Source: Chiloscyllium plagiosum (lineage: Eukaryota). From it: a stretch of 64,000 nt of DNA. Positions 1 through 12,128 of this stretch are shown one piece after another. Location: contig NC_057726.1 in assembly GCF_004010195.1 (NCBI RefSeq), positions 57,500,327-57,564,326 on the forward strand, given 5' to 3'. The notes under the pieces are model-generated. The model searched no databases. It saw only the letters and a list, made by a program, of their open reading frames with translations, and was not told the DNA's origin. Every line of letters starts with the position of its first letter. Within the stretch, counting starts at the first letter, position 1. A program made the translations under genes and the position numbers.

Positions 1-420
1 TTAAGAGAAAAAGGATTAATTAACATGAATATAGGTCCCCTGCAGTCAGGAACAAGAGAACTTATAATAGGAAACAAAGAGGTGGCAGACCAATTAATGA
101 CATACTTTAGTTCCGTCTTCACAAAGAAAGAAAACATACAACTTCCCAAAATATGGGGGACACAAGGACAAATGCAAAGGAGGAATTGAAAGGAAGAAGT
201 CTTCTTAGGGAAATGGTAATGGGGAAGCAGATCGGAGAAAAGGCAGATCAATCCCAGGGCCTGATAACCTTCATCACAGAGAGGTTAAGAATGTGGCCCT
301 GGAAATAACAGATATGCTTGAGGTTATCTCCCATAATTCTCTCAAATCTGGAACAGTTCCTATGGATTGGAGAGTAGTTAATGTAACCGAGGAGAATCAT
401 CAGTTGTTGTCTTTTCCTGA
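1..420 (+). mobile_element. CR1-type LINE ORF2 fragment (old); duplicated at ~5530-5948
   Basis: Near-identical to 5530-5948, which translates to CR1 ORF2-like GPLQSGTREPIIGNKEVADQLMTYFSSVFT. Confidence 0.7.
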
Positions 421-975
421 GATGAATTAATGTTCAGAGGTTTTACACAATGTTGTGGTCTTCTCCACTGAGGTATTGTCACCGTCAGATATTCTGTCCT
501 CAGGTCTTTATTTGGCAAAATTATTTGTGGATCTTTAAACAATGTTGTCTCTGACACATTTGTTCAGGTTGCTAAGTGTTGATCTGCATATGACATCATC
601 TGTCGTCTGTACAGTGTAGGAAACTGGTCCAGTCTGTGTTACAATGATGGCTGGTATCTACTTCACACCAGTGGTATAATTCCTCACCAACACTTATTGA
701 GCTTTTTATAAAACCCAGAGTTTGCCCTTGTTCTCTCATTGGAAACCCTGATTCTGCTGTTTCCCATCAACAGTGTCCTGTGTAATGGATGGTTCCAGCA
801 AATCAAATGCCATGTGCAACTGATCCTTTCCCAAGGGCAATGCTGGAACCTTTAGTCATCGAGTGGGTTGTGTTCTGGTATGGGAACAAAACTTGGCTCA
901 GTTTTTTGGATTGTGATTCTTGTTACCCTGAAGGAATGTTTCATTGTCTGAACAAATGTTTCTGTCAAATTTTTA
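421..975 (-). mobile_element. Gypsy/Ty3 LTR retrotransposon integrase C-terminal remnant
   Basis: Frameshifted minus-strand peptides ETFVQTMKH, LFPYQNTTHS and VLVRNYTTGVK*IPAIIVTQTGPVSYTV match the integrase C-terminal/GPY-F region. Confidence 0.6.
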
Positions 976-3470
976 AGACTATAAGACATAGGAGTGAAAG
1001 TAGGGCCATTCAGCCCATCGAGTCCACTCCGCCATTTAATCATGGCTGATGGGCATTTCAGCGCCACTTACCCTCACTCTCCCCATTTCCCTTAATTTCT
1101 TGGGAGATTAAGAATTTATCAACCTCTGCCTTTCAGGCATTTAACGTCCCGGCCTCCACTGCGCTCTGTGGCAATGAATTCCACAGGCCCACCACCTTCT
1201 GGCTGAAGAAATGTCTCCTCATTTCTGTTCTAACTTGACCCTCTCTAATTCTAAGGCTCTGCCCACAGGTCCTAGTCTCGCCACCTAACAGAAACAACTT
1301 CCTAGCATTCACCCTTTCTAAGCCATGCATTATCTTGGAAGTTTCTATTAGATCTTCCACAACCTTCTAAACTCTGAGTACAATCCCAGAATCCTCAGTC
1401 GTGCATCACATGTTAAACCTACCATTCCAGGGATCATCCGTGTGAATCTCCGCTGGATATGCTCCAGTGCCAGTGTGTCCTTCCTGAGGTGTGGGGCCCA
1501 AAACTGGACACAGTACTCTAAATGGGCCTAAGTAGAGCTTTATAAAGTCTCAGAAGCACATCGCTACTTTTGTATTCCAACCCTCTTGTGATAAATGACA
1601 ACATTACATTTACATTCTTAATCACAGATGCAGCCTGCGAGTTAATCGTTAGAGAATCCTGGACCAGCACTTTCTACTTCGGCTTTGTGAATTTTCTCAC
1701 TGTTTAGAAAATAGTCCATAGCTGCATTCTTTTTTCCAAAGTGCAAGACCTCACATTTGCACATGTTGAATTTCATCAGCCATTTCCTGGATTACTCACC
1801 TCAACTTTTTGCAGCCTCCCCACCTCCTCAGTACTAACTGCCTGTCCACCTAACTTCATATCATCGGCGAACTTTGCCAGAATGCTCCCAGGCCCGACAT
1901 CCAGATCATTAATATACAAAGTGCACAGCAACGGCCCCAACACTGAACCCTGCAGCTTGTCACCAGCTACCATTCTGAAAAAGAACCTTTTATCCCAACT
2001 CTGTATTCTGTCAGACAGCCAATCCTCAATCTATGCCAGTAGCTTACCTCTAACACCATAGGCCCTCACCTTACTCTGCAGCCTCCCGTGAGGCACCTTA
2101 TCAAAGGCCTTTTAGAAGTCTAGATAGATAACATGCACTGGGTTTCCCTATTTGTTACATCTTCAAAGAATTCTAACAGATTTGTCAGGCATGGCCTCCC
2201 CTTACTAAATCCATGCTGACTTGTTCTAATCCAATGTTGCACTTCCAAGAATTTAGAAATCTCATCCTTGACCATGGATTCTAGAATGTTACCTACAACC
2301 AAGGTTAGGCTAATCGGCCTATAATTTTCCATCTTTTGTCCTGATTCTTTCTTGAACAAGGGGGTTTCCAATCATCTGGGACTTTCCCTGATTCCAGTGG
2401 CTTTTGAAAGATCACAGTCAGCAGCTCCGTTATTTCCTCAGCCACCTCCCTCAGAACTCTAGGATGTAGCCCATCGGAGCCAGAAGATTTATCTATTTTT
2501 AGACCTTTTAGCTTTTCTAGCACTTTCTCTTTTGTAATGGCTACCATACTCATCTTTGCCCCTTGACTCTCCCTAATTGTTAGGATATCAGTGTGAAGAC
2601 TGACGCAAAGTATTTGTTAAGTTCTTCAGCTATTTCCTTATCTCCCATCATTAGCCTTCCTGTATCAATTTGGAGTGGCCCAATGTCTACTTTAGCCTCT
2701 CGTTTGTTTCTGAAGTATTGAAAGAAACTTTTGCTATCATTTCTCATATTACTGGCTAGCCGACCTTCATGTTTGATCTTCTCCTTCCTTATTTCTTTCT
2801 TTGTTATCCTCTGTTTTTGTAGTCTCCAAATCTTCTGATTTCCCAGTGCTCTTGGCATTTCATGGGCTCTCTTTTTTCCTTTGATGCATTTCCTGACTTC
2901 CTTTGTCAGTCATGGCTGTCTAATTCCGACCCTCCTGGAAAACCTTTATTTTCTTTGAGATGAGCCTCTGTACTGTGTCCTCAATTACACCCAGAAACTC
3001 ACGCCATTGTTGCTCTACTGCCTTCCTCACGAGGGTCTGCTTGCAGTCGATTTCCGTCAGTTCCTCTCTCATGCCCCTGTAATTACTTTTATTTAACGGT
3101 AACACCATTACATCTAATTTTGCCATCTCTCTTTCAAACTGCAGGCTGAACTCTACCATATTATGATCACTACCTCCTAAGTGTTCCGTTATTTTAAGAT
3201 ATTTTATGTCTGGCTCATGACATAGCATGAAGTGCAGAATAGCCTGCTTCCTTATGGACTCCATCACACACTGTTCCAAAAAGCCATCCTGTAAGCATTC
3301 CATGAATTCCCTTTCTTTGGATCCACCGGCAATATTATTCACCCAGTCCACCTGGATATTGAAGTCCTCCATGGTCACCCTGACATTTCATTTCTGACAT
3401 GCCAGATCTGTTTCCTGGTACATCTTGTGCCCCTGGTCCTGACCACTGTTAGGAGGTCTGTACATCACTC
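976..3470 (-). mobile_element. CR1 LINE (endonuclease to RT to 3' tail), decayed
   Basis: ORF fragments [64 protein letters not shown]; short tandem tail near 976-990. Confidence 0.9.
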
Positions 3471-3472
3471 AT

Positions 3473-3741
3473 GGGCGGCACGGTGGCACAGTGGTTAGCA
3501 CTGCTGCCTCACAGCGCCAGAGACCCGGGTTCAATTCCTGCCTCGGGCGACTGACTGTGTGGAGTTTGCACGTTCTCCCCATGTCTGCGTGGGTTTCCTC
3601 CGGGTGCTCTGGTTTCCTCCCACAGTCCAAAGATGTGCAGGTCAGGTGAATTGGCCATGCTAAATTGCCCGTAGTGTTAGGTAAGGGGTAAATGTAGGGG
3701 TATGGGTGGGTTGCGCTTCGGCGGGGCGGTGTGGACTTGTT
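3473..3741 (+). mobile_element. HE1/V-SINE-type tRNA-derived SINE
   Basis: gggcggcacggtggcacagtggttagcactgctgcc head with A/B boxes (ggttcaattcc) and V-domain ggtttcctcccacagtccaaagatgtgcagg; runs into a gap. Confidence 0.85.
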
Positions 3742-4241
3742 NNNNNNNNNNNNNNNNNNNNNNNNNNNNNNNNNNNNNNNNNNNNNNNNNNNNNNNNNNN
3801 NNNNNNNNNNNNNNNNNNNNNNNNNNNNNNNNNNNNNNNNNNNNNNNNNNNNNNNNNNNNNNNNNNNNNNNNNNNNNNNNNNNNNNNNNNNNNNNNNNNN
3901 NNNNNNNNNNNNNNNNNNNNNNNNNNNNNNNNNNNNNNNNNNNNNNNNNNNNNNNNNNNNNNNNNNNNNNNNNNNNNNNNNNNNNNNNNNNNNNNNNNNN
4001 NNNNNNNNNNNNNNNNNNNNNNNNNNNNNNNNNNNNNNNNNNNNNNNNNNNNNNNNNNNNNNNNNNNNNNNNNNNNNNNNNNNNNNNNNNNNNNNNNNNN
4101 NNNNNNNNNNNNNNNNNNNNNNNNNNNNNNNNNNNNNNNNNNNNNNNNNNNNNNNNNNNNNNNNNNNNNNNNNNNNNNNNNNNNNNNNNNNNNNNNNNNN
4201 NNNNNNNNNNNNNNNNNNNNNNNNNNNNNNNNNNNNNNNNN
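3742..4241. other. Assembly gap (N run)
   Basis: Run of N. Confidence 1.
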
Positions 4242-5059
4242 GGGCAATGGGCTGAGAAGTGGCAGATGGAGTTTAATTTAGATAAATGTGAGGTGCTACA
4301 TTTTGGGAAAGCAAATCTTAGCAGGACTTATACACTTAATGGTAAGGTCCTCTGGACTGTTGCTGAACAAAGAGACCTTGGAGTGCAGGTTCATAGCTCC
4401 TTGAAAGTGGAGTCGCAGGTAGATAGGATAGTGAAGAAGGCATTTGGTATGCTTTCCTTTATTGGTCTGAGTATTGAGTACAGGTGCTGAGAGGTCATAT
4501 TGCGACAGTACAGGACATTGGTTCGGCCACTGTTGGAATATTGCATGCAATTCTGGTCTCCTTCCTATCAGAAAGATGTTCTGAAACTTGAAATGGCTCG
4601 GAAAAGATTTACAAGGATGTTGCCAGGTTGAATAGGTTGGGGCTGTTTTCCCTGAAGTGTCGGAGGCTGAGGGGTGACCTTATAGAGGTTTACAAAATCA
4701 TGTGGGACATGAACAGGATAAATAGACAAAGTATTTTCGCTGGGGTCAGGGAGTCTAGAACTAGAGGACATAGGTTTAGGGTGAGAGGGGAAAGATATTA
4801 AAGAGACCTAAGAGGCAACCTTTTCACACAGAGGGTGGTACATGTATGGAATGTGATGCCAGAAGAAGTGGTGGAGGCTGGTACAATTGCAACATTTAAA
4901 AGTCATCTGGATGGGTATATGAATAGGAAGGGTTTGGAGGGATATGGGCCGGGTGTTGGCAGGTGGGACTAGATTGGGTTGGGATATCTGGTTGGCATGG
5001 ACGAGTTGGACCGAAGGGTCTGTTTCCATGCTCTATATCTCTGTGACTCTGTGACTCTA
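4242..5059 (+). mobile_element. CR1 LINE 3' portion
   Basis: WAEKWQMEFNLDKCEVLHFG, ERDLGV-like motif, 3' UTR ending in (gactctgt)n. Confidence 0.9.
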
Positions 5060-5119
5060 GTTTGATATAGGCCGTTCAGAAAGAGTGACGACAAGAGGGT
5101 AAAAATCTTCATTAAGATG

Positions 5120-5948
5120 GAGAGGAATATCGTTGTTTTTGAGACTGTGGCCCTGAATTTACATAAAAGAGACTATGATGGTCTGCGATACAAGCTGACC
5201 ATGATAATTTGGGGATTGTTATTTAAAGGGATGATAGTGGTTAGGCAATGACAAACATTTACACAAGCAAACAGCAAAATGTATTAATTTCTGGAATGAA
5301 ATTAAAACAGGAACCGTGTAACGCCCTGGTTAACAAGGGAAATTAGGGAGAGTATTAAACCTGAGGAAGGCACATCCAAATTGGCCAGAAAAGCAAAGAC
5401 CAGAGGATTGGAAAGACCTTTGGCCCTTGCAACGGGAGAAATAGAGACCGATTAAGAGGGGCAAAACAGAGTATGGGAGTAATCTTAAAGGAAACATACA
5501 AGCTCATAGTAGAAGCTTCAATGAGTATGTTAAGAGAAAAAGGCTTAATTAACATGAATAAAGGTCCCCTGCAGTCAGGAACAAGAGAACCTATAATAGG
5601 AAACAAAGAGGTGGCAGACCAATTAATGACATACTTTAGTTCCGTCTTCACAAAGAAAGAAAACATACAACTTCCCAAAAGATGGGGGACAAGGACAAAT
5701 GGAAAGGAGGAATTGAAAGGAAGAAGTCTTCTTAGGGAAATGGTATTGGGGAAGCAGATCGGAGAAAAGGCAGATCAATCCCAGGGCCTGATAACCTTCA
5801 TCACAGAGAGGTTTAGAATGTGGCTCTGGAAATAACAGATGTGCTCGAGGTTATCTCCCATAATTCTGTCAACTCTGGAACAGTTTCTATGGATTGGAGA
5901 GTAGTTAATGTAACCGAGGAGAAACATCAGTTGTTGTCTTTTCTTGAG
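5120..5948 (+). mobile_element. Old CR1 ORF2 fragment
   Basis: ORF 5473-5835 is CR1-like (YFSSVFT). Confidence 0.65.
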
Positions 5949-6140
5949 GCCCCCGCATCAGGAAGGATGCGAGCCTGAGAGAGGTAACTATTCCTGGCAG
6001 CGGGGGCCTGCAGGTCAAGGCCTCCCTGTACATGGATGACGTCGCCGTTTTCTGCTCGGATCCGCTGTCCGTGCGCAGATTCACGTGCAAATGTGACCAA
6101 TTCGAAAGGGCCTCGGGGTCCAAGGTAAACCAAGACAAGA
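5949..6140 (+). mobile_element. L1/Tx1-clade RT fragment (YMDD), within an inverted segment
   Basis: Translates IRKDASLREVTIPGSGGLQVKASLYMDDVAVFCSD...FERASGSKVNQDK. Confidence 0.75.
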
Positions 6141-6293
6141 GACAGCATTGTTTGAAGATCCACAAATAATTTTGCCAAATAAAGACCTGGATATCCCTGA
6201 GGACACAGCAGTAACTTGAATATCTGAAGGTGAGAATACCTTAGTGGAGAGACCACAACATTGTGCAAAACCTCTGAACATTAATTCATCTCA

Positions 6294-6770
6294 GACCTGA
6301 CCCGGTTGGCGATTACCTTTGACAGAATTTTGTAATCCGCATTCAACAATGAGATTGGTCTCCAATTTTTGTGTTCCTCCCTCTCCCCCTTCCGCTTGTA
6401 GATGAGGGTGATGATGCCTTCCCTCATGGATTCACTCATAGTACCTGCCCGAAGCATCAAACCCACAGCACTTCAGCAAAACCTTATTGACAAACACAGT
6501 CTGATCGACAGGTGTACGATCCTTCACCTTCTTCACAGTCACTTGAACTGTGTTGCGAATGCCCTGGCCTGGGCTGCGAGGGCTGCTGAGGCCATAGCTC
6601 TGAGGTTGGCTGGTCCCTGAATTGGCGTTAGGCTGAAGCCAGCATGAAGATCCACCAAGAACAGGTCAGCACAACCAAACAATCCTCCAATGTCCAATCA
6701 TGATCCAGCGATGATTTCCACTGGCTCTGATGACTCGAGGCTCAACTCTTGATTCTGGTATCTCCCCTGC
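6294..6770 (-). mobile_element. L1/Tx1-clade element: ORF1 N-terminus fused by internal deletion to RT
   Basis: RT motif REGIITLIYKRKG..NWRPISLLNADYKILSKVIANR at 6294-6455; ORF1-like start (ATG at 6595) GQGIRNTVQVTVKK...VFVNKVLLKCCGF. Confidence 0.7.
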
Positions 6771-6974
6771 CAGGTGAAGGGTTGAAGTGTTATGTCACAT
6801 TTTGGGTTTTTTTACAAATGGGAAGAATAACCAGCAATTTGAGGAGCACCACTGATTGGGAACAAGAGGCTTTACAGTTAGTGTACTAATTAATGAACTT
6901 CCTGTGAAGAAATTTAAAAGAAAACTGGTAAATTAAATCGAGGAACAGAAAGCCCTGACAAACCGAGCTGATTA

Positions 6975-7270
6975 TCTCATCTCATCTCCCCTGCCAGATC
7001 CAATCCTCCAACTTGGCACCGTCTTCTTGAACTGTCCTACCTGTCCATCATCCTTTCCATGTATCCATTCCACCCTATGCTCCAACCTATCATCATCACC
7101 CCTTACCTTCATCTACCTATCACCTTCCATGCTACCTTCCCCTCAGTCCCACCTCCCCTTCTCATCACCCTTGGGCCTCCTGCCCACAGCCTTCATTCCC
7201 GACATCGACGCTACTGCTACTCGGATGCTGCCTGACCTGCTGTGCTTTTCCAGTGCCATACTTGTTGACT
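6975..7270 (+). mobile_element. Penelope-like non-autonomous fragment
   Basis: Pyrimidine-rich arm ending gatgctgcctgacctgctgtgcttttccag, shared with the other copies in the window. Confidence 0.55.
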
Positions 7271-7729
7271 CAGTGAACCTTGTGGGCCTGGTGCTAATGA
7301 GCTGTGTTTCCTATTTTTCCATTTACCCATAAACCCAATGGTTTTGTTGTTTGTCTATGTCTGTCTAAATGTGTGTGGGCATTTTAAAATGAGGTAAGAA
7401 TTTAACAAATAGTGGTGATAGTTTATGGCTGTTTTCTTGTGATTAGAATGTGCTTACTTGTAATTAATAGTTGTCTTTGTTAAGTACACAAACTTATTTA
7501 GTGTTTTCTTTCACTGATTCCAACAGATAGGTAAACTGGGGGCTTTATGTGCTTTGATTGGACCATTATCTTTTGTGATGACATGGGAGTAGTGGGGCTT
7601 GAGAATCAAGCACATTCCCAAGTTGGGCAAAACTAGAGATGAGGGGTTTTTGGACAGATTATAGTGAAAAAGAGACCTCAAGGATTTAGATGTGGTATTA
7701 GTGAATGATAAAGATACAGAAAACATCAG

Positions 7730-8790
7730 GCTCTGTACTCTAAATAAGAAATAGAACTGGAAATGGCCAGGGTGGCAGAGTTGTCCTTGGCACTGGTGAG
7801 TGAACTGATGAAAACCAGGTTACTTACAATGGCAGGCAAGTTGGGGGTAGCTTTGCTTGCTAAGGCTAAGAAGACATTTGAATAATAGCTCAGCATTTGG
7901 AGCTACCAGAAATATATCTATTCTCTGGATAGTGAAACACTGGAATCTGGTGATATTCAGTTATAGAACATAGAACATAGAAGAATACAGCGCAGTACAG
8001 GCCCTTCGGCCCTCGATGTTGCGCTGAATAATAGCTCAGCATTTGGAGCTACCAGAAATATATCTCATTCTCTGGATAGTGAAAGACTGGAATCTGGTGA
8101 TATTCAGTTATGGTTGAAACAGCTTGGGCATGAGGAGAAATGAAAGCAACTTGAAATAAAAATGCTGGAGATGGAATTCCAGAGGGAAGAAAAATACAAG
8201 GAAATGGAAATGAGAAAAATTAGACATCTAATACCCATTTCCACTTTTGTGTTATTTACACTGGGGGAGGCAATGGCAATGTTAAATGTTAGAATTGCAA
8301 AGGAAAAGAAATGGATGACCAGAGATAAAGAGAAAGACAGGGAGCATGTGTATCAGCTTAGAATGATTTGTGTAAAAGAAGACACTTCAGATACTGGTGC
8401 TGGCTCTGATCAGACTAACCTGAGGCATAATTGAAAGTCCAGTCAGGAAATATTTATGTTTGTAAAGGTCCTGCCAAAGTTTGCGGAGAAGGATATGGAG
8501 GTATTCTTCATATCCTTTGAGGAAATAGAGACATATGAATTGTCCAGAGGGCACCTGGACAATGCCAGCGCAGATATGCTCACAGATAAGGCACGAGAAA
8601 TTGATGTTTCACTGTCAGAAGAAGGCTTACATTTAAGGTCATTGTAAAACCAATCTACCAGTTACGTGCAGATTAGTTAGTGCTGGCAGGCTTCAAAAGG
8701 CTTCAAATTTTAAGAAACAGCTGGGACAAGATCACAATGAATTTAGCAAAGTAATTTTGACAGGTGTATAAGAGAATTAGGAGATGATGA
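7730..8790 (+). mobile_element. Gypsy (Gmr1-like) gag remnant
   Basis: E/K-rich coiled coil followed by VLPKFAEKDMEVFFISFEEI, resembling the region upstream of the SCAN-like capsid; many stops. Confidence 0.5.
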
Positions 8791-9103
8791 TGAAGATGTT
8801 TATTATAAATTTTGTGTGCTATGACCCCGCCCCATTAGTCACCTGACGAAGGAACAGCGCTCCAAAAGCTTGGACTATAACCTGGTGTAGTGTGATTTTT
8901 AACTTTTAAATTAGGAAATGAAACTATTTTGACAGGTGTATAAGAGAATTAGGAGATGATGATGATGATGATGATGTTTATTATAAATTTTGTGTGCTAT
9001 GACCCCGCCCCACTAGTCACCTGACGAAGGAACAGCGCTCCAAAAGCTTGGACTATAACCTGGTGTAGTGTGATTTTTAACTTTTAAATTAGGAAATGAA
9101 ACT
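8754..9103 (+). repeat. Direct tandem duplication, 2 x ~175 bp
   Basis: attttgacaggtgtataagag...ggaaatgaaact occurs at 8754 and 8926; copies differ mainly in (gat)n length. Confidence 0.9.
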
Positions 9104-9177
9104 ATGTCTACAGATCTTAGGGAGCTTATTCTCTTGGATAGAATATTAACATTCACTACTGTATGTAAGAAGAACCT

Positions 9178-11024
9178 TTGTTGATGACTGAAGGATTGTG
9201 GGATTGCCTATTTATCCAGCTGCATAAAGCAGTTCACCATTTGTTTGAAATCCCCATAATGGTGAACCAATCCATCGGAATTCACAATCGGTATGAAAGG
9301 TTATGCCCATTCCGCAAACGGGACTGGTTTGATGATTCCTTCACTTTCCAACTTCCTGATTCCTGCCTCCACTTTTTCCATAATGCAAATGGCACCGGGC
9401 GGGCTATACAGAATTGTGGAATTGCTTCCTGGTCAACATGTCACAAGGCTTTGGCCCCTTTGATAGTCCCCAGACCTTCCTGAAAAATGACTGTGCATTT
9501 AATTAGGACTTCACTCAGGCAGCCATGTTCTAATCGAAAATGTTAAGCCAATCAAGTTGAATCTTTCTCAACCAATTTTGTCCTGTTAAGCTTTAACTCA
9601 AGCCTTTTACTACAATCAGTGAGAGCTGCTTCTCATAAGAATCAGAACCAAAGTCGTAACCTTAATCTGTAACGGTATAGGTTTTCAATCTACCGAGGTC
9701 TTGCACAAACTTAAGGGTTGGAGTCCAGAGGGAATTTTGTTAAAGATTGGTTCTGTGATCACTGAGACAGTTGCACCAGTGTTGACCTCCATTAGATCCA
9801 GGTGACCATTTAACCAGACGTGCGTTTTGATTGGCTCCGATTTGGATGTTGCTAAGCAATTTAACTCTTTCAAACCAGATGTAGGTGGGCGTTCCAGGAT
9901 GTGCATTCTCCTGGATACTGGTCTATGAGTTATCTTACTCAATTCAGTTTTAGTGGGACCTTTCTGCTTTCTCAAGTCCAAACACTGGCAGTAACTACAA
10001 TGGCTTGTGCACCCGGATCCTGCAGAAACTTTTAACCATTTGTCCGAGGTTTGGCTTTGTTTTGGAGTTTTGCTGTGGGCTGTCCAAGAGTCCCTCTGTT
10101 CAGGATACGTCCTGAGTGAGGCTGTGCAATGGCCTTCCCTCATGTGGTGTTCCCAAGCTCAGTCGGCCTGGTGAGGCTGTCCACTTCCACCAACATACCC
10201 TGTAACTCCAGCTCCACTTGCTATATTTTCTAACCACAAAGCCAGTTGTAGTGCCTGGTTGAAGTCCTGTTGGGCTTCAGCTAGTCAGTGCTTTTGTAAG
10301 GTCACATCATAAAGCTCACTAAACCAAACAGTCTCTCAGCATCTCATTAAGGGTTAGACCAAAGTCATATGCCTGTGCCTGTCATCTTAATCTAGTCAAA
10401 AATCCTGATACAGATTCCCCTGGTTCTTGACAAGAATTGATAGCCCCTCAGAATTAGAGGAGGCTTAGGACCACAATATTCATTAACTAAATCTGTCTAC
10501 TCTTAGAGTCATAGAGTCTTGAAACGTTTTAGTATCTGGTGCCTCGGGGAAAGTCAGGCTCCTAATAAACGGAAAGTCTGCAGGTCCACTGGCTGTCAGG
10601 AGAATTACTCATTCCTTTTTCAACTGCCCCAAGATAATTGCTCAGAAAAAAAAATTGTATTCTTTCCACATCCTGGTCCCAGTTTCAACGGCAGGATTGA
10701 ATGAGTCAAACTTCCCAACGAGCAGCACGATGCCAGAAATGCTGACCCCAACTCAAGACGCCTGATGCAAGTGAATCTCTTCAGGACTCTGCTCTACTGT
10801 TGTCATCACTGAAATAATTCCTCAGAAGCAAGTATACTATCACCAAGTCATTCTTTATTCACACATGGAGAGTCCCTTTGAACCAGCTCTGAGTGCACAG
10901 AACCCCTGACCCTCCTGCTTATATCTGTCAGCGAGGGCTTCCTGATTGGACCAGGTTAACAGACCCAATCAGGGAGCTCATATTCTACGAGATCCACCTA
11001 GCTGACCTTGCCACAGTCAATACA
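9178..11024 (-). mobile_element. Gypsy LTR retrotransposon remnant (probable LTR ~10830-11024, gag-protease-RT start)
   Basis: Protease-like MEVNTGATVSVI (9685-10143 ORF); RT N-terminus EGLGTIKG..ARPVPFAL..EGIIKPV; LTR-like block with opposed ccaat/attgg boxes. Confidence 0.7.
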
Positions 11025-11025
11025 G

Positions 11026-11625
11026 CGATCTGTTAGAAACTTACAAAATTCTTAAAGGGAGAGACAGAGTAAATGCGGAAATTATGTTTCCCTGGCCCTG
11101 GGGTCTAAAATCAGCAGCTATGGACTCATATATAAGGCAAGGTAAAAACAATGACTGCAGATGCTGGAAACCAGATTCTGGATCAGTGGTGCTGGAAGAG
11201 CACAGCAATTCAGGCAGCATCAGACGAGCAGCAAAATCGACGTTTCGGGCAAAAGCCCTTCATCAGGATACCTGATGAAGGGCTTTTGCCCGAAACGTCG
11301 ATTTTGCTGCTCGTCGGATGCTGCCTGAATTGCTGTGCTCTTCCAGCACCACTGATCCAGAATCATATAAAAGGCAAACAGTTCAGGACTGAGATGAGGA
11401 GAAACCTCTTTGCTCAGAGGGAATATTTGGAATTCTCTAACCCAGAGGACTGTGGAAGCTCAGTCATTAAGTACATTCAGAAGAAATCTGATAGATTTCT
11501 AGTTACTAATTACAACAAAGGATATGAGCATGACACAGGAGTATGGTGTCAAATTAGATGATGAGTCGTGATCTATGATGGCACAGCAGGCTTAAGGGGG
11601 CTGAATGTCTAGTCTAATGTTCCTA
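11026..11625 (+). mobile_element. CR1 3' end interrupted by a Penelope-like hairpin
   Basis: aggactgagatgaggagaaac CR1 3' motif continues on both sides of the 11141-11364 insertion. Confidence 0.65.
11141..11364. mobile_element. Penelope-like inverted-repeat insertion with hammerhead motifs on both strands
   Basis: 94-bp arms 11174-11267 and 11271-11364 with 1 mismatch and a 3-nt loop; TSD atata(t/a)aaggcaa at 11128-11140 and 11365-11377. Confidence 0.75.
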
Positions 11626-11879
11626 ACATGGTGTTGGATTCCTGGTCAGCTATAGGAAATTTTGAACATTTTGTAATAACGTTGCAAAAATACACCAGAT
11701 ACAGGAATAAAGTTAACTTCTTGAGAAGGTGAAGGGAGCTGTTTAATTGAAGATTAATTTATCCTTCCTTCAAACTTACATTTCTCCAGCTGTCCCATTA
11801 AAGGTAAGCAATCCCACATTACTGTTAGAAGCAGAAAATGACTGCAGTGGGAGATATGCTACGAGTGATCTTGCCTTTG

Positions 11880-12128
11880 TTCGATAACTGAGGTGTGGAG
11901 AAATTTCTTCAACCAGTAAGTGGTGAATCTGTGGAACTCACTGCTGAAGAAGGCTGTGAGGGCAAAGCCGTTGTATTTAAGACACAGATAGATAGGTTCA
12001 TGACTCACAAGAGGGTCCAAGAATACGGGGAAAATGGGGTTGAGAAATATATCAGCCTTGATTGAATAGTGGAGCAGACTTGATGGGCCGAATGGTCTAA
12101 TTTTGCTCCTATATCTGATGGTCTTATG
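11880..12128 (+). mobile_element. CR1 3' end
   Basis: gtggtgaatctgtggaactcact...gggccgaatggtctaattttgctcctatatct. Confidence 0.7.

Noticed and set aside
3473-3545. tRNA-like A/B box sequence
   Set aside because: Head of a multi-copy SINE, not a tRNA gene
3660-4490. Long ORFs spanning N runs (also 17808-18782 and 23721-25025)
   Set aside because: Artefacts of translating assembly gaps
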